Positions 11,277 to 20,244 of a DNA stretch of 57,889 bases are shown here, one piece after another. The notes beneath the pieces were generated by a model. It saw only the letters and a list, made by a program, of their open reading frames with translations, searched no databases and was not told the origin of the DNA. Made by a program: the position numbers and the translations under genes. The stretch covers positions 7,395 through 65,283 of the forward strand of contig JAUNJI010000002.1 in NCBI GenBank assembly GCA_030533295.1, given 5' to 3'. Source of the stretch: Eubacteriales bacterium (GTDB taxonomy: Bacteria > Bacillota > Clostridia > Oscillospirales > Butyricicoccaceae). Positions within the stretch are counted from its first letter, which is position 1. Every line of letters starts with the position of its first letter.

Positions 11277-11837
11277 CTAGGGGGCGCAGCCGTCCGGCTG
11301 CTGGCCGTCCGCCGCCGATGGCGTCTGCGCGGGCGGCGTTTGCGATGCGCCGTCCGGCCGTTCGGTCAGCCCGTGCACGAAGCCATCCGCCTCGGCGGCG
11401 CTGATGTCGGCCGCGATCAGCCGGTCGCGCCGGATCAGCAGGTTGGCGGTCACGCCCGCCGCGCCGGTAGGATAGTCGAGCAGCTCATAGGTGTACAGCA
11501 TGGCGCGTTTGCCCTGATAGGGCACCAGATCCAAGCCCTGTGCGCGTTGGATCGCGTTATACGCCTGATAGGTCTCGTCGAAGGTCTTGGGGATCTGCAC
11601 CTCCCGTTCGCTGCGCGGCTCGGGCTCGACCTGCCAGCCGTAGCTCGCCAGCAGCGCCACGCGCTGCTCGTTGGTCTTGAGCTTGCTGTCCAGCGCCATG
11701 CCCTGCGCCTCGGCCGGTGCGCTCGCCGTTTCCGCCGCCTGCGGAGCGGCGATCGCCACGCCCAGCACGGCCGCGCCGACCAGCAGCACGCCCGCCATCA
11801 CCTTCTTCACCGATATTTTGGCTGCAAAAACGATCAT
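11277..11837 (-). CDS. Conserved Clostridia membrane-anchored protein (DUF4830-like)
   Basis: N-terminal TM; YGWQVEPEP, IPKTFDETYQAYNAIQRAQGLDL, YTYELLDYP. Confidence 0.7.
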   Translation of the reverse strand: MIVFAAKISVKKVMAGVLLVGAAVLGVAIAAPQAAETASAPAEAQGMALDSKLKTNEQRVALLASYGWQVEPEPRSEREVQIPKTFDETYQAYNAIQRAQGLDLVPYQGKRAMLYTYELLDYPTGAAGVTANLLIRRDRLIAADISAAEADGFVHGLTERPDGASQTPPAQTPSAADGQQPDGCAP

Positions 11838-11908
11838 CGCACTGTCCCCTCCCGCTTTTGCTCTATCCTATGCGCCCATCCGGCCGCATAGAACGTCCGC
11901 GCAGGCGC

Positions 11909-11941
11909 AAAAAAACAGGCCGCGCAGGCGACCTGTTTTTT
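11909..11941. terminator. Intrinsic terminator downstream of fprA
   Basis: AAAAAAAACAGGCCGC-gcag-GCGACCTGTTTTTT. Confidence 0.7.
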
Positions 11942-11964
11942 GGGGGGCGTATACCGGGCTGGGC

Positions 11965-13170
11965 TCAGCCGCCGATCTGTGCGGCGATCTCGTCGGCCAG
12001 CGCCTCGAGCGTGGCGCGCTGCCCCGCTGCCGGTGCCGATTTGACCGTGACCGCGTTTTCGAGCACGGTCATGTTCTTCATGCCCTCGAGCAGCGCACGC
12101 ATATGCCGCGCCGATACCGGTGCCCACGTGCCGTTCTCGATCAAGGCGACCGTGCGCTTTTGCAGGCCGAGCGCCTTGAGGTCGGCCAAAAAGGCGTCCA
12201 TGCGCGGATGCAGCCCGCCGTTATAGGTCGGCGCGGCCAGCACCAGATGGCTGCAACGGAAGCTCTCGGCCACCAGCTCGGACACGTCGGTGCCGGACAC
12301 ATCGTACATCGCGATCGGATGGATCCCGCGCTCGGCCAGCAGGGTGGCGAGCACGTTCGCGGTGTTCTCGGTGTTGCCGTACATGGTCGCGTAGGCGATC
12401 ACCACGCCGCGATCCTCCGGCTCGTAGGTGCTCCACTTGCGGTACTTGTCCAGCAGCAGCGCCAGCTGGCTGCGCCAGACCGGCCCATGCAGCGGGCAGA
12501 TCATCTCGATGTCGAGCGAGGCGGTCTTTTTGAGCAGCGCCTGCACCTGTGCGCCGTATTTGCCGACGATGTTGGTGTAATACCGGCGGGCATCGTTCAT
12601 CCACACGCTATCGAAGCCCACCTCGTCGTCGAACAGCGTGCCGGCCAGCGCACCGAACGTGCCGAACGCATCGGCCGAGAACAGGATCTGATGCACCTCG
12701 TCATACGTGACCATGACCTCCGGCCAGTGCACCATGGGGGCCATCATGAAATGCAGCGTATGGACGCCGGTGGACAGCTTATCGCCCTCGGCGACGACCA
12801 GCGCACGCTCCTTGACATCCAGCCCATAGAACTGGACGAGCATGGGCACGACCTTGGCGCTGCACACCACCTTGGCCTGCGGATAGCGGCGCAGCATCTC
12901 ATCGATCAGGCTGCAATGGTCGGGCTCCATGTGCTGGATCACCAAATAATCCAGCGTGCGGCCATCGAGCGCGGCCGTCACGTTCTCGACGAACAGACGG
13001 CCGATGGACTCGTCCACCGTGTCGAACAGCACGGTCTTTTCGTCCAGCAGCACATAGCTATTGTAGGACACCCCGCGCGGGATGGGGAACAGGTTTTCAA
13101 AACGGCTCAGGCGGCGGTCACTGCCGCCCACGTAGATCAGGTCGTCCCTGATCTTTCTGGTACTGTGCAT
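11965..13170 (-). CDS. fprA: Flavodiiron protein (FprA/A-type flavoprotein)
   Basis: GVSYNSY, HMEPDH, VHWPE, FSADAFG, CPLHG and flavodoxin YATMYGNT. Confidence 0.93.
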   Translation of the reverse strand: MHSTRKIRDDLIYVGGSDRRLSRFENLFPIPRGVSYNSYVLLDEKTVLFDTVDESIGRLFVENVTAALDGRTLDYLVIQHMEPDHCSLIDEMLRRYPQAKVVCSAKVVPMLVQFYGLDVKERALVVAEGDKLSTGVHTLHFMMAPMVHWPEVMVTYDEVHQILFSADAFGTFGALAGTLFDDEVGFDSVWMNDARRYYTNIVGKYGAQVQALLKKTASLDIEMICPLHGPVWRSQLALLLDKYRKWSTYEPEDRGVVIAYATMYGNTENTANVLATLLAERGIHPIAMYDVSGTDVSELVAESFRCSHLVLAAPTYNGGLHPRMDAFLADLKALGLQKRTVALIENGTWAPVSARHMRALLEGMKNMTVLENAVTVKSAPAAGQRATLEALADEIAAQIGG

Positions 13171-13254
13171 CACACACACCTCCGAATGATCTTTCTGCCA
13201 AAAAGTGTACCACATTTCCCGCCGCGCGTCTACCCTGCCCGGCCGCAAGAGAAG

Positions 13255-13286
13255 AAAAAAAACCGGCTGCTCGCAGCCGGTTTTTC
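13255..13286. terminator. Intrinsic terminator downstream of the EF-G paralogue
   Basis: AAAAAAAACCGGCTGC-tc-GCAGCCGGTTTTTT. Confidence 0.7.
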
Positions 13287-13319
13287 TGGTATGGTCTTTT
13301 CGATGCGTCGCGTGCGGCG

Positions 13320-15404
13320 TCACTCCTTGTCGAGCGCCTCGAGACGCGCCTTGTTCTCTGCGATGACCTTTTCCTGCACCGGCACCGGCGCCTCGTCATA
13401 CCGCTCGAACTGGGAGACGAACGAGCCGCGTCCCTGCGTCATCGAGCGCAGCGTGATCGCGTAGTCGGTCATCTCGGCCATCGGGCACTCGGCGACGATC
13501 TCCTGCTTGCCGCCATCGACCGGGTTCATGCCCATGATGCGGCCGCGGCGCTTGTTCAGGTCGCCGATCACATCGCCCATGTAGGCATCCGGGATCAGCA
13601 CCTTGACCGCGCACACCGGCTCGAGCAGCACCGGGCTGGCCTGCGGGATGCCCGCCTTGTACGCCAGCCGCGCTGCCATCTTGAAGGACAGCTCGTTGGA
13701 GTCTACATCGTGGTAGGAGCCGTCGAGCAGGGTCGCCCGCAGGCCGACCATCGGATAGCCGGCGAGCACGCCGTGCTCCATGGCCTCGCGGATGCCCTTA
13801 TCGACCGCCGGATGGAAGTTCTTGGGCACCGAGCCGCCGAAGATCTTTTCCTCGAACAGGTAATCGCCGTCCAGGCAGGGCGCGAACTCCATCTTGACGT
13901 GGCCATACTGGCCATGGCCGCCCGACTGCTTCTTATGCTTGCCCTCCACCGTGACCGACTTGCGGATCTTCTCGCGATAGGGCACGATCGGCCGGGTCAG
14001 CTCGACCTCGACGCCGAATTTATCCTTGAGCTTGGAGCACAGCACATCCAGATGGATGTCGCCCGCGCCCGAGATGGTGTGCTGCTTGGTCTCGGTGTTG
14101 AACTCGGTCTCGAACGAGGGATCCTCGTCGTGCAGACGCGCCAGACCGGACGAGATCTTTTCCTCCGCGCCCTTGACCTTGGGCTGGATGCCCTGCGTGT
14201 AGCACGGCGGCGCGAACTCGATCGGCTCGAGCTCGACCTTGCGCACGCTCATCGACAGCGTGTCGCCCGTCTTGGTCGTGACCAGTTTGGACACCGCGCC
14301 GATGTCGCCGCAGCCGACGACCGGCACCTCGGTGGTCTTTTTGCCGCAGACCGTGAAGATATGACCCATCTTCTCGTTGGCGTCCGCGCGTTTGTTGACC
14401 AGCGTCATGTCCTGCTTGACCTCGCCCGACATGACCTTGAAGTAGGAGAAGCGGCCATACTGATCGGCCACCGTCTTGAACACCAGCGCACAGGTCGAGC
14501 CGTTGGGCGTGCAGTTGATCTCGATCAACTCGCCCTTTTCGTCCTCACAGATCTCGACCGGCTTTTCGTCGGGCGACGGCATATAGTCCGCGATGCCCTT
14601 GAGCAGCGCATAGGAGCCGATGCCGGTCGCGGCGGTGCCACAGAACACGGGCATGATGACCAGATCCTTGACGCCCTGCCGGATGCCCGCGATCAGCTCC
14701 TCGTCCGAGAACTCCTCGCCGGCGAAATAGCGCTCCATCAGCTCCTCGGACAGCTCGGCGACGTTTTCGCACAGCGCTGCGCGGTGCTGGTCGATGCGCT
14801 CCTTCATATCCTCGGGGATCGGGATCTCGACGCGGTCGTTGCCCTCCATGCGATAGGCCTTGCGGATCACGCAATCGACGATGCCGACCGTATCACGGTC
14901 GCCCTCGAAGATCGGCACCACGACCGGCGCGACCGCGACGCCGAACTGCTTTTGCAGCTTGTGCAGCGCGGTATAGTAATCGGAATTTTCCTCATCGATC
15001 TTGGAGATGTAGAACATCCGCGGCATCGAGCGGGCTTCGCAGCGCTCCCACGCCTTTTCCGTGCCCACGCCGGGGCCGGATTTGCCGGTGGCGACGATCA
15101 GCGCGGACTCGGCCACGCGCAGCGCACAATCCACCTCGCCGGCAAAATCGAAAAAGCCCGGCGTATCGAGCAGATTGATCTTGCAGTCGCCCCAAGCGAC
15201 CGGTGCGACAGCGGTAGAGATCGAGAACCGGCGCTTGATCTCCTCGGGATCGAAATCGCAGACCGTGTTCCCATCCGTGATCTTGCCGACACGGTCGGTC
15301 ACGCCAGCGATATGCAACAGGCTCTCGACGAGCGTGGTCTTGCCATCGCCGCCGTGCCCCATCAGACATACATTGCGGATCTTATTTACCGGGTAATTGG
15401 TCAT
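13320..15404 (-). CDS. Elongation factor G paralogue (EF-G2/FusA2-like)
   Basis: GHGGDGKTT, LDTPGFFDF, HKKQSGGHGQYG, GSYHDVDSNELSF, LRSMTQGRG; not in an rpsL-rpsG-fusA-tuf operon. Confidence 0.9.
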   Translation of the reverse strand: MTNYPVNKIRNVCLMGHGGDGKTTLVESLLHIAGVTDRVGKITDGNTVCDFDPEEIKRRFSISTAVAPVAWGDCKINLLDTPGFFDFAGEVDCALRVAESALIVATGKSGPGVGTEKAWERCEARSMPRMFYISKIDEENSDYYTALHKLQKQFGVAVAPVVVPIFEGDRDTVGIVDCVIRKAYRMEGNDRVEIPIPEDMKERIDQHRAALCENVAELSEELMERYFAGEEFSDEELIAGIRQGVKDLVIMPVFCGTAATGIGSYALLKGIADYMPSPDEKPVEICEDEKGELIEINCTPNGSTCALVFKTVADQYGRFSYFKVMSGEVKQDMTLVNKRADANEKMGHIFTVCGKKTTEVPVVGCGDIGAVSKLVTTKTGDTLSMSVRKVELEPIEFAPPCYTQGIQPKVKGAEEKISSGLARLHDEDPSFETEFNTETKQHTISGAGDIHLDVLCSKLKDKFGVEVELTRPIVPYREKIRKSVTVEGKHKKQSGGHGQYGHVKMEFAPCLDGDYLFEEKIFGGSVPKNFHPAVDKGIREAMEHGVLAGYPMVGLRATLLDGSYHDVDSNELSFKMAARLAYKAGIPQASPVLLEPVCAVKVLIPDAYMGDVIGDLNKRRGRIMGMNPVDGGKQEIVAECPMAEMTDYAITLRSMTQGRGSFVSQFERYDEAPVPVQEKVIAENKARLEALDKE

Positions 15405-15694
15405 AGTTGATATACACTCCCCTGCCCTCACCAATATGTGGGCTCATGATAGCGGGAACACATCCCTCGTTTGTTATTATACACTACTCGTTCCGTATAC
15501 GCAAGGTGTTTTTTGTGCAATTTTTATGTCACTCGTCCATCGTTCGCGCAGCGCGGGCGTTCGACGCGCTTTGCCCGTCCGTCGCCGCGAAAACGGCCTT
15601 TCCGGCGGCCTTCCGCGCGCCTGTGGGCGCAAAAAAGCCCCGGAGGCGCGAGCCTCCGAGGCTATCTCATGCGGGATACGCCCTGCCGGGCGGA

Positions 15695-17875
15695 TCAGTG
15701 GGTCTGCTGGCCGATGAGGAACACCGGCACATACCACAGCAGCACATAGAGCAGCAGATGCAGCACGGACAGCGCATCCACCGCCTGCTGCGACACCATG
15801 TAGAACGCCAGCAGCATACCGCCCACGCCCGCGCAGGTGCTCAGCGTCAGCGCCGAGCGCACCGCGCCCGCCAGCTTGTCCGCGCAGCGGAGCACTTGCA
15901 GGTACGACCCTGCGCCCTCGCGCGTCAGGATCGCCGCCGGGGGATCGCCCGCGGCATAGCTCGGATCGAGCAGCCGCGCCACGCCGGCGGGGTCGGGCTG
16001 GTCGGCGAAGCCGCGGCGCAGGTCGAACACCTCCTCGACCATCGCCGGTGAGATGTTGAGATCTTCCACCGCGAGCACGGCGTTCATGTGCATCCGGCGC
16101 ATCAGGCGCATGGCCTGATAGGTGTGCTTGGTCGGCTGGTAGCGCAGCGTCAGCACGCCCGCCAGCGCCTCGTCCACGACCAGATAGACGCAGACCTGCT
16201 CGCCCTGTCCGGCGTGGATGCGGATGCCCATCTTGATCATCAGCGCCACCGTGCCCAAGATCACGCGGCTGGTGCCGATCTGGCCGCTCAGTCCGCCCTC
16301 GACCGGCTGCACGCTGCGGGCGGCCAGCGTCACGCCGTAGCGCTCGCGCGTGGCCTCGGTCAGCACCCGCCCCAGCTCCAGACCGGCGGCGTCGGCCAGC
16401 GCAGCCGCGCAGGCCAGCACGCGGTCGTCCGAGATCTGCCCCATGTTTTGCAGCGATACCAGACTGATCGAGCCACGGGGGAACAGATCGCTCTCGCGCA
16501 GCACGACCTCCTCGGTGTCGCGCAGCAGATTGGCCTGCCGTGCGCCCGCGATCGCCGCGCCCGCGCGCCGCAGACGGCGGGAGACGTTCTTATAGCTCGC
16601 GCCGAAGGCGCAGATCAGGCCGAGCGGCGCGGAGACCGACAAGATCGCCGAGAACGCCCAGAAAAAGCGCAGCGGCTGGCCGCGACCGACCGAGGCCACC
16701 AGCGCGAAGATGATCGACGCAGCCAGCGCGATCGGCACATAGATCATCGAGAAGCGGTCGGCGGCGTCCGGGCGCTCGAGCTCGACCAGAAAATCCTCCT
16801 GCCGGTAGAGCGGCCCCTTGACCGCGCGACAGGCATCATCCTCGGCGTCGTAATGGCTGTACACCGCCATCGGCTGCTCGGCCGCGCAGAACGCCTGATA
16901 GGCGTGCGCCCGGGCGGCATAGCAGTTGCGCTCCTCCCGCATCGCGCCGTACAGCAGCAGCAGGCTGACCGCGATGTACGGGATGGTCACGCCGCCCTGC
17001 TCGGTGAACACGATCAGCGAGGTGCCGTGCAGCAGCGCGGCCAGCACCGCGAAGGAGACCAGCGTCGTGCGCCCGGGCTGTCCGCGGAACAGATCATAAA
17101 ACCCCTTGCCGAACACGTCCACGCCCACGAACAGCGCGATGAACTGGAGCAGCAGCAGCGCCGCCGTGATGATGGCTGGCTGCTCGGGCACGGCCAGCTG
17201 CGACGGCCACGGCAGCTGCTCGAACGACGGCGCGACGCTCAGATAAGCGGCGGCGGCCGCCAGCAGCAGCACGAGCAGCGCCCGGAAGGTCAGTCCCCGC
17301 GCCCGGCGCTTGCACGTCCGCGCCTCCTGCGCCGGGTCGCACAGCTCGATCTCGGCTTCCTCCTCGGCCTGCTCGGCGGCGATCCGCGCCGCACGCGCCT
17401 GCTTGCGCGTCATGGGCTGGGCGGACGGCTCGGCTTCGCCCGGCATGGGCGGCAGATCGTCTGCGCCGACCACCGGCTCGTCCATCTGCTGCGCCTGCTG
17501 CTTGGCGGCGCGACGCGCCTGTTTGGCGGCCGCTTTGGCGGCTGCCCGCTGCTGTCGTGCAGCGGCCTTGGCCTCGCGGGCGGCGATCCGCGCCGCGCGG
17601 GGGTCGTCTGCTATGTCATCGGCCTCGTCGTCGGGCGCGAGCAGCTCGTCCGCGACCGCCTGCGCCGCCTGCTTGGTCTTGGGCGCGGTGCGCAGCGGCT
17701 GCTGTGCCGCCGGCGCGGCCTGCGGCGGCGCATAGACCGGCTCGACCGGCTGCTGCACGCGCTCATGCGGCTGAGCGGGCGCACCGCCCGTCACCTCCGC
17801 GATGATGTCGTCCAGATCGAACGCATCGGTATCCGGCACATCGCTGAGCAGATCCTTGAGCGCGCTCAGATCCAT
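15695..17875 (-). CDS. Membrane protein resembling a degenerate P1B-type ATPase, with an acidic/Ala-rich N-terminus
   Basis: Multiple TM helices in a P1B-ATPase-like layout; no DKTGT, TGE or GDGxND motifs. Confidence 0.6.
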   Translation of the reverse strand: MDLSALKDLLSDVPDTDAFDLDDIIAEVTGGAPAQPHERVQQPVEPVYAPPQAAPAAQQPLRTAPKTKQAAQAVADELLAPDDEADDIADDPRAARIAAREAKAAARQQRAAAKAAAKQARRAAKQQAQQMDEPVVGADDLPPMPGEAEPSAQPMTRKQARAARIAAEQAEEEAEIELCDPAQEARTCKRRARGLTFRALLVLLLAAAAAYLSVAPSFEQLPWPSQLAVPEQPAIITAALLLLQFIALFVGVDVFGKGFYDLFRGQPGRTTLVSFAVLAALLHGTSLIVFTEQGGVTIPYIAVSLLLLYGAMREERNCYAARAHAYQAFCAAEQPMAVYSHYDAEDDACRAVKGPLYRQEDFLVELERPDAADRFSMIYVPIALAASIIFALVASVGRGQPLRFFWAFSAILSVSAPLGLICAFGASYKNVSRRLRRAGAAIAGARQANLLRDTEEVVLRESDLFPRGSISLVSLQNMGQISDDRVLACAAALADAAGLELGRVLTEATRERYGVTLAARSVQPVEGGLSGQIGTSRVILGTVALMIKMGIRIHAGQGEQVCVYLVVDEALAGVLTLRYQPTKHTYQAMRLMRRMHMNAVLAVEDLNISPAMVEEVFDLRRGFADQPDPAGVARLLDPSYAAGDPPAAILTREGAGSYLQVLRCADKLAGAVRSALTLSTCAGVGGMLLAFYMVSQQAVDALSVLHLLLYVLLWYVPVFLIGQQTH

Positions 17876-17916
17876 GGTATCGTCTCTTCTGTCCATATGC
17901 TGATCCGTTGCCTCCT

Positions 17917-18690
17917 TTACCCGTGCTGTGTGCGGCGGCGCACCGCTTCAAACAGCAGCACGGCCGCCGCGTTGGATGCGTTGAGCGAGTTGACCTGACC
18001 GCGCAGCGGGATGCTGACGATATGATCGCATTTCTCCCGTATCAGGCGGCTGAGCCCCTTGCCCTCCGAGCCGATGACGATCGCGACCGGGCGATCGAAG
18101 TCGGCCTCATACAGGCCCACCGTGCCATCGGCCTCCGCGCCGAACACCCACACGCCGTGCGCCTTGAGCTCGTCGAGCGCGGCGGCGAGGTTGTTCGCCT
18201 TGTGCACGCCCACATAGGCCAGCGCCCCGGCCGCGGCGCGGGCGACCGCCGCCGTCAGCCCGACGGCGCGGCGCTTGGGGATGATGACCCCGTGTGCGCC
18301 CGCGGTCTCGGCCGAGCGGATGATCGCGCCCAGATTGTGGGGATCCTCCACCCCGTCGCACACCACGATCAGCGGTTGCTCGCCGCGCGTCTGCGCGGTG
18401 CGCAGGATGTCCTCGAGGGACACATAGCTCTGCACGGCGGCCTGCGCGATCACGCCCTGATGCTTGCCGGTCGGGCTCATGTGGTCGAGCTTGCGCCGGT
18501 CGCAGGTGACGACCGGTACGCCGTGCCGCCGCGCCTCCGCCGCCACGTCGCCGATCCGTGCGCCCTCGGCCACGAACACCTTGTCCACCGTGCGCCCTGC
18601 GCGCAGGGTCTCGAGCACGGCGTTGCGCCCCTCGATCAGCGTGCCGTCATCCTCCCGGGGAGGACGGCGGCCATTTCTCTCATATGCCAT
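17917..18690 (-). CDS. rlmB: 23S rRNA (Gm2251) 2'-O-methyltransferase, TrmH/SpoU family
   Basis: EGRNAVLE, HQGVIA, DPHNLGAIIRSA, IGSEGKG, SLNASNAAA. Confidence 0.93.
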   Translation of the reverse strand: MAYERNGRRPPREDDGTLIEGRNAVLETLRAGRTVDKVFVAEGARIGDVAAEARRHGVPVVTCDRRKLDHMSPTGKHQGVIAQAAVQSYVSLEDILRTAQTRGEQPLIVVCDGVEDPHNLGAIIRSAETAGAHGVIIPKRRAVGLTAAVARAAAGALAYVGVHKANNLAAALDELKAHGVWVFGAEADGTVGLYEADFDRPVAIVIGSEGKGLSRLIREKCDHIVSIPLRGQVNSLNASNAAAVLLFEAVRRRTQHG

Positions 18691-18833
18691 AATCTTACGC
18701 TCCAAAACCTCAGATACAGGTAGTATAGCACACCCGTCCGCCGGTTTTCAACGCCGTGTGACGGGAAATATGAAAATACACGGTTTCCGCCCCGGTACGC
18801 CGCGCATTTTTGTGCAAAACCGACGCGGTGCGC

Positions 18834-20081
18834 TCACAGCGACAGCCGCTGGCCGTTGACCGTGGCGCTGTCCTCGCCCTCCAGCGGAATCAGCAGGCAT
18901 TTTTGCCCGTCCACGACGCTGGCGCGGATCTGCGCGGCGCGGGCGGCGGGCACGCGCAGGTCGATGGCGGCGGGGTCGTCCTCCCACGGCGGCAAGTCGT
19001 CTGCGCGGGCGGCGGCCTGCTGCGCCAGCTCCTGTTGCAGCACGGCGACCTTTTGCTCGAGCGCGGCGGTGTGCGCCCGCACCGTGCCCTGCTCGACCAG
19101 ACGGCTGTCCAGCACATTGTCCGCCACCGGCGGCATCTCGCCGAAGGTCTGGGCATACGCCTGCTCGATGTGGCTGCGCACGTCGGCGGGCACCTCGGCC
19201 TCGGCCGCGAGGTCGCAGACCGTCTCGGCCGTCAGGCTGACGGGCGGCAGCGACGTGTCCTGCTCGCGCTCGGCCACCATATCACTGATCGTTTTCTGGA
19301 TGTGGAAAAAGGCCGCGTCCGCTTGCTCCTCCTGCTCGCCAAAGGCGTCCTTGACCACCCGCTGGAAGGCGAGCTTGTCCTCGGCCGCCGTGCGCTGCGC
19401 CACGCAGCCCAGCACGTTCTCGACCAGCTCGGGATGCGAGCCGCGCCCGGGCTTGACGTAATACATGACGGCGTTGACATCGCTGCCCCGGTCGCTGAAG
19501 GCCGGATAGACGAAGCCCAGATCGGGCAGACCGACCACCTGATCGCGCACCCGCGCACCGATGCGGTTCTCGTCCTCCCGGTAGCCGAGCGCGGGCTTGG
19601 CCAGATCGACCGGGCACACCGCGCACAGCAGGTATTCGTAGATCGCCTCGGACTCGTCCTGCTCCTCGCCCGAGGTGGCGCGGCTGGGCACGTCATACAC
19701 ATCATGGTAGAGCAAGATCAGGTAGTTGCCCGGATAGGCATACTGCTCGATCACCTGCTCGTACAGCCGGTCGAGCAGCGCCTCGTTGGTCAGCTTGCTC
19801 GACTTGAGCGCGAGCAGGTACTGCTGCCGCTCGGTCGCCTGCTCGGCGCGGTCGAACGACAACTCGAGCAGGTTGCTGCCGAGCGTGCCCGAGAGCGTCT
19901 TTTTGGCGATCTCCAGATATTTATGGTATTCGTCCTCCGCCAGCTCGGAAAACGGCTGGCTGAACTTGAGCACGACCTGCTTGCCGCTGTTGACATAGCA
20001 GCCACACAGCTGCCCGAAGGTACATTCGGTCTTTTTCAAACGGCGGCGCAGCTCGAGCACGTCGCCCTTGGTGATATTCAT
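18834..20081 (-). CDS. Conserved Clostridia protein (DUF4317-like)
   Basis: LELRRRLKK, GCYVN, KYLEIAKKTLSGTLGSNLLELSF, GFVYPAFSDR. Confidence 0.75.
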   Translation of the reverse strand: MNITKGDVLELRRRLKKTECTFGQLCGCYVNSGKQVVLKFSQPFSELAEDEYHKYLEIAKKTLSGTLGSNLLELSFDRAEQATERQQYLLALKSSKLTNEALLDRLYEQVIEQYAYPGNYLILLYHDVYDVPSRATSGEEQDESEAIYEYLLCAVCPVDLAKPALGYREDENRIGARVRDQVVGLPDLGFVYPAFSDRGSDVNAVMYYVKPGRGSHPELVENVLGCVAQRTAAEDKLAFQRVVKDAFGEQEEQADAAFFHIQKTISDMVAEREQDTSLPPVSLTAETVCDLAAEAEVPADVRSHIEQAYAQTFGEMPPVADNVLDSRLVEQGTVRAHTAALEQKVAVLQQELAQQAAARADDLPPWEDDPAAIDLRVPAARAAQIRASVVDGQKCLLIPLEGEDSATVNGQRLSL

Positions 20082-20187
20082 GTACGGTCGCTCCTTTCCC
20101 GACCCGGCGCCTGCCGCCGAGCCACGTACCTATCCAGTATACGGCATCGGCGGGACGAGCGCAAGCGTCGATCGCTGCGGCGCACGC

Positions 20188-20225
20188 GAAAAGAAGGGCT
20201 CCGGCCGATCGCCGGAGCCCTTCGC
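20188..20225. terminator. Terminator-like hairpin downstream of ppdK
   Basis: GAAGGGCTCCGGC-cgatc-GCCGGAGCCCTTC with an adjacent A-run (U-tract on the minus strand). Confidence 0.65.
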
Positions 20226-20244
20226 TCACGTTTTTAGGGGGTGT

